From a virus, in IMG/VR virus record IMGVR_UViG_3300009081_000009, positions 1 to 64,000 of that record: a stretch of 64,000 nt of DNA; one strand, 5' to 3'. The notes beneath the pieces are model-generated. The model saw only the letters and a program-made list of their open reading frames with translations, was not told the DNA's origin and did not search any database. Shown piece after piece: positions 56,150-64,000 of the stretch. The first letter of the stretch is position 1; every line of letters begins with the position of its first letter. A program made the position numbers and the translations under genes.

Positions 56150-57356
56150 CGAAGGTAGAATACCAGATTCCGTATTTCATGATGCGGTTCAAGAAGTATT
56201 AGGTAACTGTTCATTATCCTGTAATTCTACAGGAACTGAATATACCTTTCATTGTCCTATGTGTGGAGGTCATACAAAGAATCGTAACATCAAATGTGGC
56301 TATGTGTATAGTGATACATGGAAATACAAATGTTATAATGAATGTGGATCTATGTCATTCCTATATTTCTTAAAAAAAGAACATCATGATGTATGGAAAA
56401 AAGTGATATTTCATGCATTTGATAATTCTAAACGAGACAAGAAAAAAGTAGTTGTAAAAACAAGAGTACAAAAAACATACAATGCTAATAACCTATATAA
56501 GTTTAAAGATGGTGAATTAATCGATATAACCGATTCTGATAATCCAGTTGCTGTTGAAGCATTAAAATATTGTATAAGTCGAAAAATACGAAAAGACGTA
56601 TATAAAAAATGGTTTGTCTGTATACGAGATGATAAATTTTTCGACAGAGATGCTAAAGGTGAACTTGTTTATAATGATAAAGGATATCCTAAAGGCAATG
56701 AATATGGCAATCGGATAATAATACCATATTATAAGTATGGTGGTAAATGGGTACAATTCGATGCTAGATCACTAGACCCAAATCCATTTCTACGATATAA
56801 GAATCTAGCTGATGCTGATCGCGAGATGTATAACATTGATTTTATAAATGTAAACGAACCGTTCTTTCTTCTTGAGGGAGCCATAGATTCTACATTTATA
56901 CGAAACTCAATTGCATTTGGTGGAACTCAGCATCTTATGAAGTTTCTGGAGCAATACCCAGAATTAAAGAAGAATGCACATAATGGTACTGTTATTTGGG
57001 ACAACGATGAAGCTGGACGAGATGAGATGCCTAAAACCGTTAAACTTGGATTTAACTGGTTTGAATGGACTGATATAATACCAACGGATGAGTATAAGTA
57101 TAATTCTGATGGAACACTTAGAATAATTAAAGATGTGAATAATGCCGTTATGTATAGTGATGCATTTAGATTGGATAAAAATGGTTTTATTGTTTTTGAT
57201 GATATAAAAAAGTATATTAGAAAGGCAGAAGGTGCATCTGTTAAACTCACATTACTGTATGGTAACAGAGTTAAAATGAAATTTGAAAAAAATAGAAATT
57301 TATCAAATGCACTAAAAACTAAAAACGTAAAAAAAGTTATAGTACCATATTTCTAA
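56130..57356 (+). CDS. gp61: DNA primase (T4 gp61 family)
   Basis: CPMCG...YKCYNECG zinc domain, RIIIP, EGAIDS, WDNDEAG (Toprim), KDVN. Confidence 0.92.
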   Translation: MVHTKFDEGRIPDSVFHDAVQEVLGNCSLSCNSTGTEYTFHCPMCGGHTKNRNIKCGYVYSDTWKYKCYNECGSMSFLYFLKKEHHDVWKKVIFHAFDNSKRDKKKVVVKTRVQKTYNANNLYKFKDGELIDITDSDNPVAVEALKYCISRKIRKDVYKKWFVCIRDDKFFDRDAKGELVYNDKGYPKGNEYGNRIIIPYYKYGGKWVQFDARSLDPNPFLRYKNLADADREMYNIDFINVNEPFFLLEGAIDSTFIRNSIAFGGTQHLMKFLEQYPELKKNAHNGTVIWDNDEAGRDEMPKTVKLGFNWFEWTDIIPTDEYKYNSDGTLRIIKDVNNAVMYSDAFRLDKNGFIVFDDIKKYIRKAEGASVKLTLLYGNRVKMKFEKNRNLSNALKTKNVKKVIVPYF

Positions 57357-57365
57357 GGAATCCAC

Positions 57366-58400
57366 ATGAGTAAGAAAGACAAAAAAATAGTTAAAGCCGA
57401 TGATGTATCAGAAACTCTTTTTGAAGGAGATGGTACTATTGCTTCTGATGAATTAACGATTGATGAAGCATTTGGTGATATATCGATTAATGATGCGATG
57501 GATACTGTTATAAATGAATTAGAGAATCAAAATATTGCAAAAAGTGAAGCATTGAAAGTAAAAGCTAGTAAAAAACGCCAAGAAGTTGGGAAAATAAAGA
57601 CTGAATTGGGTATTAGACCTCCAAAACAGAGTAAATTCCCTACTCAAAGTGATGATTTTTTAAGTAAGCCAGCGAGTGATCGAGCTATTCATGTAATCTT
57701 GAATCAACATATGTCAAAGATTTACTTGGATGGTGTTGATTTCGCACCTCGTATAATGATGGGAATCCCTGCATTTAATAAGCAATGTAAAAAGAATGCA
57801 TTTGAACATTTAATCCGAGTCCAAGAGAAGATTAAAGAATTTAGAGGTAATGATCCAACTAAAGCTCCTAAATGGATTGTTATTAGTAATGATTCATCCA
57901 TGATACAAGATCGAAATATATTAAGTCGGTTAGAAGAGTGTAAAGAAAATACACATGTAGTCGCTCCATATGGATATTCACAGATTCGATCATCTGGTAG
58001 ATGGTTTAGTTTGGATACTAATGATGTGCATTATGGATGCTACATACAAGGAAAAATGGATAATAATTCATGGAAATTTGTTAGTGGCATGGATTATGTA
58101 GGCCCACGTAATCGAGTATTGATAGCACATGGCCCATTTATTGCAGTTCGTGGCGAGACATTCATGAAGTTAGATTTTAAAGAGATGTCCGAACATATGG
58201 AATTGGGGTATTATCACTATATGGCTGATATTTCATTGGAATGTCATAAGCGAGGATTACTAACTGCTACCATACGATCTATTGCAACTCAATACGATGA
58301 AATATCCAATGTGTTTTCTGGTAGTGAAGTACAAGTAGATCATGCATACTTTACATCAAAATGGCAATCTAAACTACCAATAAGTATAGTAAAACGATAA
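57366..58400 (+). CDS. Hypothetical protein with degenerate GT-A-like C-terminal region
   Basis: GPFIAVRG...YHYMADISLE resembles Glyco_tranf_2_5-type motifs; DxD not evident. Confidence 0.4.
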   Translation: MSKKDKKIVKADDVSETLFEGDGTIASDELTIDEAFGDISINDAMDTVINELENQNIAKSEALKVKASKKRQEVGKIKTELGIRPPKQSKFPTQSDDFLSKPASDRAIHVILNQHMSKIYLDGVDFAPRIMMGIPAFNKQCKKNAFEHLIRVQEKIKEFRGNDPTKAPKWIVISNDSSMIQDRNILSRLEECKENTHVVAPYGYSQIRSSGRWFSLDTNDVHYGCYIQGKMDNNSWKFVSGMDYVGPRNRVLIAHGPFIAVRGETFMKLDFKEMSEHMELGYYHYMADISLECHKRGLLTATIRSIATQYDEISNVFSGSEVQVDHAYFTSKWQSKLPISIVKR

Positions 58401-58407
58401 AATTAAT

Positions 58408-58435
58408 TATCCCCTTCACCGGGGATTTTTTATTT
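58408..58435 (+). terminator. Intrinsic terminator
   Basis: ATCCCC-ttcacc-GGGGAT followed by TTTTT. Confidence 0.7.
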
Positions 58436-58470
58436 ATATAAACTATTATCATAAAACAATAAGGTTATGT

Positions 58471-59124
58471 ATGAGTTCCAATTTCGATAAATTATTAGAT
58501 CTCACCAAAGGATTCGAACCATCCTCTGGTGCTCAGTGTGATTCGTTCGGTAATAATGTATTTTCTCCAATTTCTGCTGGTTTGAATGATTTTAATAAAG
58601 GTGTCGGATTTATGACTAAATTCGGTGATTATTCTATTCCAATCAATGAAGCAGTTGAGTATGTATATGACACAAAATTATTGTATGATAATTTACAGCC
58701 AGTTGAACAATATTTTAAGACTAAATTAAAGGAAATGAATACCAACGAAATCGCAAGAAATAAGAACTATAAAGGTGAAAAGGATTTAGGTTCTTCTATT
58801 GGATTCATGCAAGGAATTGATGGAGAACCTACGGCAGATGAACAGGAAGCCATAAAATTGATGAAATATAACGAAAATGAATCAAAATTCCCACCTCCAT
58901 TAAGCACAGATATACCAATCAAGTCATCACAAGAATTCGTTAAATTACTATCTGAAATATATAAAGATTTGGATTCAGATACGTTAAATAAGATATTACA
59001 AAGTGCATCTGGATTTATTAATGCATTTGATGTAAATTCTTTCAGACGTTATATTGAAACAGTAAAGGAAGAAATTCAAAATAGAAATTTTTCTAATACA
59101 GAAAGAGAACCACGCCAATTCTAA
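58471..59124 (+). CDS. Hypothetical late protein
   Basis: TATAAACT at 58437-58444; AAGG SD. Confidence 0.55.
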   Translation: MSSNFDKLLDLTKGFEPSSGAQCDSFGNNVFSPISAGLNDFNKGVGFMTKFGDYSIPINEAVEYVYDTKLLYDNLQPVEQYFKTKLKEMNTNEIARNKNYKGEKDLGSSIGFMQGIDGEPTADEQEAIKLMKYNENESKFPPPLSTDIPIKSSQEFVKLLSEIYKDLDSDTLNKILQSASGFINAFDVNSFRRYIETVKEEIQNRNFSNTEREPRQF

Positions 59125-59203
59125 TTCATAAATATATAATTACAATAAAAAAGAGTCAGAGATGGCTCTTTTTTGCTATATTATAGTAATCTATGGAGAA
59201 AAT

Positions 59204-60046
59204 ATGTCCTATCCTATAATTATAAGTCAAGTATATTTAGATGTTTTGAAAAATCTATTAAAAGTAGCCAATAAGCGAGAGGTGCTATTTTTTAAAGAGA
59301 ATGATGATTATATGATCTCATTGATGGATATGGGAACATTAGTTCATATATCAACTACAGAATCCAATATATCATATCAAGATAGCGAGGTGGGTATATC
59401 CAACATGAGTGAATTCATGGATTATGTTAAAGCTGTAGGATATCCAAAAACAGGTGATATAAAGTTTTCACAAGAAAAATCAACTAAAGGTAGAGTTTTA
59501 GATTGTCTAGTTTTCAGTGATGATTATTCCACATATAGAACTGTAGTGGCTGACCCAACTAAATTTACAGCCAAATACGATAAAAAAGTTCCTGTAGATA
59601 GAAGTATCGATCCAATGAGTCTAGTTGCTCAATTTACATTAGATGAAGAAGATTTAGCTCGAATAACTAACGATATCAAGCTAATGAAAAAGTGTGAAAT
59701 ATTTGGCGTGACCGTGGCTGATGATATATCATTGTATATGAGAGGTATTGAACGTCAGCAGGTTACACGTACTATAGATTCTACTAAAGCTAGGATTTTG
59801 AATTCTACTGTCTTGAAGAGTGATAGTATTGATAAGTATAGATTGTTTCCTAGTAGACTTTTCTCCTTTATGTCAACATTTGATTGTGAATTTGATGTCG
59901 AACTAAGATATCTAGAATCTCGTAATATAGTAGCATTCAAGGCATTTGGTAAAATTGAGAATCCGAATGGCGATCCTATTAATGTATATGTAGCATCTTC
60001 CGAAAGTACATCTCAAATAATGAGTAACTTTGATATAATAGAATGA
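59204..60046 (+). CDS. gp45: Sliding clamp (T4 gp45-like)
   Basis: LDVLKNL, EVGISNMSEFM (cf. gp45 FGIYDLNEFL), FTLDEEDL; GGAG SD before ATG 59204. Confidence 0.6.
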   Translation: MSYPIIISQVYLDVLKNLLKVANKREVLFFKENDDYMISLMDMGTLVHISTTESNISYQDSEVGISNMSEFMDYVKAVGYPKTGDIKFSQEKSTKGRVLDCLVFSDDYSTYRTVVADPTKFTAKYDKKVPVDRSIDPMSLVAQFTLDEEDLARITNDIKLMKKCEIFGVTVADDISLYMRGIERQQVTRTIDSTKARILNSTVLKSDSIDKYRLFPSRLFSFMSTFDCEFDVELRYLESRNIVAFKAFGKIENPNGDPINVYVASSESTSQIMSNFDIIE

Positions 60047-60106
60047 TTTATGTTTATATTGTCATAAATATAAACTATTGATAATCATTATATTTAGGTA
60101 TACAAA

Positions 60107-61705
60107 ATGGAATTCAAACGATCTGATGTATTAAATGCATTAAAAAAGGTTAATATTGATAACGGCCCAGATAACACCAAGTTTAAAAAACAGGATGTTA
60201 TCGCCAACTTAGGTAAAACTATACCTAAACCAACTGAAAAAACACCCGATAAAATTAATCAGATGGCGGTTATTAAGAAGATGAATGGTGATTTATCTAA
60301 TCCAGCTAAAGGGATTAAGTTTGAATCTACGTGGAGACCACAACCAACCACAGTTAAAGCCATTACCCAGCGTATATTAACCGAAGCGACTGTAACACCT
60401 AATGCATCTCCTAATGCATTTAGATTAGATCTAAAAAGCATCGTACTAGATAAATGTCATAGTAAATTCAACATTAAGAGAAAGAATGCTGACGCTGTAG
60501 TTGAATTGATATACCCGAATGCTAATAGTAAGATAACCGTAAAGATACATGTAGATGGAATGGATGATTCAGTATATGAAGTTGGATTAGAAGATCAACA
60601 ATATACTACGAACTTTGGTGCATCTATTATTAAATCGATTGATCAATTAGTATCAAAACAGAAAGAACAATCTCCTTCATTTAGCACACCGTCTCAGTTC
60701 TCAAATCCTGCTATCAGTGTGTCAGGATTCTCGCCAAACTGGGTACAGAATGGATATGCTATGGAATCTGATGCTAGACATATGATGGATTTAATCACAT
60801 TAATAGAGCAAGGCGAAAAGCCAGTTGATGAAGAACCAACAGATGAATCTACAGATCCTGCTGATGCAACAGATCCTGCTGTTGATGGAACAGAAGGTGC
60901 TGATGCTGTACCCGAAGGTGATGCAGGTGATGTCAATGCAGATGCCTTTGGTGCGGAAGACTTCTCATTAGGTGGTGGCGGTGGTTCAGCTCCTTCTATG
61001 GGTGGTGATATTGGTGGTGGAGGTGCTCCTGATGCAGCCCCTGATGCTGTGAATACTGATGCTGGTGGTGTAGGACTTGAAGATAATGATGAATATGCAT
61101 CGTTTAAAGAATTTGCTGTAGATAATTTCTCCACTACAAAAAATGGTGTAGTTGATGTATTAGCTAATATAGTTGGCGATGCATTAGGTAAGCAAATGAA
61201 TAATTCAACTCAAGGTGTTAAATTAACTTCATATCAAATATCTAATGGTATGCAAGGGTTAAATACAAGACCTGCTATCGAAATTATTGATGCATTCTTA
61301 AAATTATATCCAGCTCTCGATGGTGAATTTAAAGTTAGTGATTTAGAAACTCTAGCTGAAAAACTGGAAGAAAGACCATCACCTACAGAATTTAATCAAT
61401 TCTTAGAAGGTCATTTAAAAGAAATGCAAAATGAATCTTCTACCGATACGGATGTATTACAATTACCTGATTCTGAAATGCAACCTATGGGTGGTGCTGC
61501 TCCAACTGATCAATACCAACCAAGTGAATTTGGTGATTTTATGGATAATGCTTCTCAAATGGGTGGTAATGAAGGAGTTCCTGCTCCAGAAGAAGTAACG
61601 CCAGAAGCAAATGCAGAAGACGAAGATGTACAGAACACATTAAAGAAAGCTGCTGAAATGGAAACTGGTGTAGGCCCAGCCAAAAACGAATTTCCTAACG
61701 TTTAA
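60107..61705 (+). CDS. Acidic late protein, probable head-internal protein
   Basis: TATAAACT at 60069-60076; Gly/Asp/Glu low-complexity tracts; IKFES, ILTEA, YAMES sites. Confidence 0.5.
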   Translation: MEFKRSDVLNALKKVNIDNGPDNTKFKKQDVIANLGKTIPKPTEKTPDKINQMAVIKKMNGDLSNPAKGIKFESTWRPQPTTVKAITQRILTEATVTPNASPNAFRLDLKSIVLDKCHSKFNIKRKNADAVVELIYPNANSKITVKIHVDGMDDSVYEVGLEDQQYTTNFGASIIKSIDQLVSKQKEQSPSFSTPSQFSNPAISVSGFSPNWVQNGYAMESDARHMMDLITLIEQGEKPVDEEPTDESTDPADATDPAVDGTEGADAVPEGDAGDVNADAFGAEDFSLGGGGGSAPSMGGDIGGGGAPDAAPDAVNTDAGGVGLEDNDEYASFKEFAVDNFSTTKNGVVDVLANIVGDALGKQMNNSTQGVKLTSYQISNGMQGLNTRPAIEIIDAFLKLYPALDGEFKVSDLETLAEKLEERPSPTEFNQFLEGHLKEMQNESSTDTDVLQLPDSEMQPMGGAAPTDQYQPSEFGDFMDNASQMGGNEGVPAPEEVTPEANAEDEDVQNTLKKAAEMETGVGPAKNEFPNV

Positions 61706-61723
61706 TAACTAAATTATTTAATT

Positions 61724-61755
61724 TAAGGCAGAACTCAATAGTTCTGTCTTTTTTA
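61724..61755 (+). terminator. Intrinsic terminator
   Basis: AAGGCAGAAC-tcaata-GTTCTGTCTT followed by a T-run. Confidence 0.75.
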
Positions 61756-61788
61756 ATTATATTTAGATGATAATAAGGAAATTAAATT

Positions 61789-62979
61789 ATGTCTAATATA
61801 GAACCAACAGTAATGGTAATCAGTCCATATAGCAGCGGTATAACCAATAAATTAACATTCATGGCTAAAGGATTGCAATCAGAACATGATGCGGATACAG
61901 AACCTCTATATATCGAATGTTATAAGAAAGATACCGGAGAGTCTACAATCAGAATAAGTACCGGAACGGGAATATGGTGTGAATTTCAACCATACGATAA
62001 AGAAGCTGGTGAATTGTTGCCTACATCGGTTGCTGTAAATCTATACGATTTATTCAATACTGTTGATCAATGTGCTGATGAAATGATTTCATTCTGGATC
62101 GATGATGAATCTAATGAATTAGTATTAAATAGTATGTATAATCCTACAAAGGATATTGATGAGTTGGAAGTTCGATTCCGTATTATAGAAAAGGGATTCG
62201 CTAGAAGATTGATTGATGTAGAACCAACTGATACCCTAATAACAACAATTGAATTAAATCAGATGTCATTGATGAGCATTCTATCTGAATTGAATGTAGA
62301 AAATTCAGTAGATGGCGTAAATATGATAATTCAAAACGGTAAATTGAAATTTCAATCAGTATATGCTGGTTTGAAGAGTAATTTGATTATAAAAGAATAT
62401 GCGAATGAAGTATATCCTACCGATGTATCTGTATTTATACCATTTAATATATTTAATTTGATGATGTCAACTGGTGAATATAAAGATATCAAATTTAGCG
62501 TATATGAGAATAACATTGTTACCGTCAATACCGATGAATATAAATTTGTATATCGTGGTAACGAGGTGAGAGCCGTATTTTCATCTGATGCATCTAAGTA
62601 TGAAGATTATTTCGTGATTGATGCTAAATTAATCGATAGTACAATGAAATTGATTAATAAATTAACTCAGCAGGTTCCTGTAACAAATATTACATTTGAA
62701 AAGGTGAGTGCTGGTGAAGCTGATATATCAACAGAATTCACAGATCGTTTTTCTATTTCAATCAGAACCGATTTAGCTATGTTATCAGATAAAAAAATGA
62801 CAGTTGATGCTCAATTATTCGCTGAAATGATGAAACGCACAGGACTTGATGCAATTAAAGTGAAAGTCAATTCGGATGATGGTGTATATATTGGATTTGA
62901 AAACAAAATGATCATAAAACAAATGGAATATGATCATTCAGATTTCAGTAAATTCCGAACTTATTCAGAGCATAAATAA
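61789..62979 (+). CDS. Possible DnaN/beta-clamp-fold protein
   Basis: 396 aa with three similar beta-alpha-beta repeats (VAVNLYDLFNTV, VFIPFNIFNLM, MTVDAQLFAEMM); pattern-based only. Confidence 0.4.
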   Translation: MSNIEPTVMVISPYSSGITNKLTFMAKGLQSEHDADTEPLYIECYKKDTGESTIRISTGTGIWCEFQPYDKEAGELLPTSVAVNLYDLFNTVDQCADEMISFWIDDESNELVLNSMYNPTKDIDELEVRFRIIEKGFARRLIDVEPTDTLITTIELNQMSLMSILSELNVENSVDGVNMIIQNGKLKFQSVYAGLKSNLIIKEYANEVYPTDVSVFIPFNIFNLMMSTGEYKDIKFSVYENNIVTVNTDEYKFVYRGNEVRAVFSSDASKYEDYFVIDAKLIDSTMKLINKLTQQVPVTNITFEKVSAGEADISTEFTDRFSISIRTDLAMLSDKKMTVDAQLFAEMMKRTGLDAIKVKVNSDDGVYIGFENKMIIKQMEYDHSDFSKFRTYSEHK

Positions 62980-63525
62980 TTATAATTCTAGTTCATCCAT
63001 CATTGCGGAAAATTCTTCCTCACTTGGTATTTGACTAGATTCATCAGCAGATTCTGGAGTTTCTTCGGTTGGTTCGGTTGGGGTTGGTTGACCCTCTTCT
63101 GTGCCCTCTGGAGGAACTTCTTCTGTAGGTATAGCAGAAGGTTCTTCCATTCCTGTATCTCCTTCAATTGGTGCTTCTGTGCCTTCTGGTGATATATCAG
63201 CGGATGGATTTTCAAGATCTTGTTCAATCTCATTACCGAATTGTTGTTCAGCTTCACCAACCTCTTGATCTTGAAGTTCTTCTTTAGCTTCTTTATTTGG
63301 ATTTGTTAAATAGTCTTCTAATCGTCTTCCGATTTCTGTGTATAAATCAGTTTTTCCAAAATTTATATATTTAGTTGGATTATACATTACGTCATATTGT
63401 ACTTCTCTATTATACTTATCCCATAATGATTTCAATTCACGGTATGTTTTTCCTGATGTGTTGCTTAAATTAACAATATATGATGATGTATTGCTATCGT
63501 TTTGAAATGGTATATTTATAGGCAT
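62980..63525 (-). CDS. Acidic hypothetical late protein
   Basis: GGAG SD; TATAAACT at 63546-63553 (minus); Glu/Pro-rich C-terminus. Confidence 0.55.
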   Translation of the reverse strand: MPINIPFQNDSNTSSYIVNLSNTSGKTYRELKSLWDKYNREVQYDVMYNPTKYINFGKTDLYTEIGRRLEDYLTNPNKEAKEELQDQEVGEAEQQFGNEIEQDLENPSADISPEGTEAPIEGDTGMEEPSAIPTEEVPPEGTEEGQPTPTEPTEETPESADESSQIPSEEEFSAMMDELEL

Positions 63526-63608
63526 TTGTAATCTCCAATATGTAAAGTTTATATAATTTTCTCTTTTTTATAAACTAATATAAACAAAGAATATAAGCGG
63601 AGCCTTTT

Positions 63609-64000
63609 ATGGACATGCTAAGTTTAAATGCGCTAATGGAACAGACTAAGATGATTGAAGATATTTCAGCATCTGTAACTGATGATCAGGATTATAACGT
63701 TATGACTCAACGGTCTAATGTTGTTATGGAATCTGTAGATGATGTCAATGGAATACTATCAAGAGGAAATGATATCAACAATGTGATTGATTTTTCTGAC
63801 TTAGAAAATGCTGTTAGCGGATTGACGGAATGCAATAACACCAACTTAGGAACGCAAGTATCTAATAAAATGAAGGAAAATATGAAAGATCCAAAAGCAA
63901 ACCCAATAGTAAAACCAAGTGCTCCAAAGGCACCAATACAGGAAGCAAGCGCAAGCAACCCATCTGCTGGTGTAACTAGCGCGAATGCTTTTATGAATGC
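63609..64000 (+). CDS. Late protein, 3'-truncated by the window edge
   Basis: MDMLSLNALMEQTKMIEDIS...; GGAG SD; TATAAACT at 63569-63576; frame open to the end. Confidence 0.65.
   Translation, partial: MDMLSLNALMEQTKMIEDISASVTDDQDYNVMTQRSNVVMESVDDVNGILSRGNDINNVIDFSDLENAVSGLTECNNTNLGTQVSNKMKENMKDPKANPIVKPSAPKAPIQEASASNPSAGVTSANAFMN

Noticed and set aside
28930-57356. Inteins or group I introns in gp46, UvsW, UvsX, gp41, gp61
   Set aside because: Protein lengths and motif spacing look normal; no intein termini or homing-endonuclease motifs noticed.
1-64000. Genome-wide stop-codon reassignment
   Set aside because: Conserved genes are full length in code 11, and TGA, TAG and TAA all terminate genes, often with coupled overlaps.

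Overview
A 64-kb AT-rich segment of a large T4-like (Straboviridae/jumbo-type) myophage. It holds tail-fibre-like genes with (Gly-Asn-Gln)n collagen repeats, a head module (gp23, gp22, gp21, gp67-like, gp20), neck gp13, late sigma gp55, and recombination/replication genes (gp46, RNase H, RuvC-like, UvsW, UvsX, gp41, gp32, gp61, gp45-like). Accessory genes include an Apyc1-like MBL hydrolase, NADAR, SLOG, DnaJ, a glycosyltransferase and a pentapeptide-repeat protein. The main find is a minus-strand cluster of 12 tRNA genes (17424-18917) sorted by amino acid into three blocks. Each block sits behind a short unannotated leader-peptide ORF and an intrinsic terminator, and the leader codons match the tRNAs downstream. 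L1 MNMKRIYKYYRFIKTTPKGSVMR precedes Tyr/CAT/Tyr/Phe/Phe, L2 MQMISKQNKQKKQPSEVVV precedes 4x Lys, and L3 MKTNQQQQQQVMDSSARPPD precedes 3x Gln. L1 and L2 carry perfect antiterminator complements. This looks like a phage tRNA-depletion-sensing attenuation cascade that could switch on replacement tRNAs when host tRNAs are starved or cleaved. Other unannotated items are a Tyr-scaffold long-arm tRNA-Gln, a 29-aa C4 zinc-ribbon micro-ORF, a 54-aa stand-alone mimic of a conserved portal segment, a GNAT-kinase-DUF5661 polyprotein, an in-frame TGA in a tail gene, and a TATAAACT late-promoter motif. All calls come from reading the sequence by eye; no searches or folding were run.
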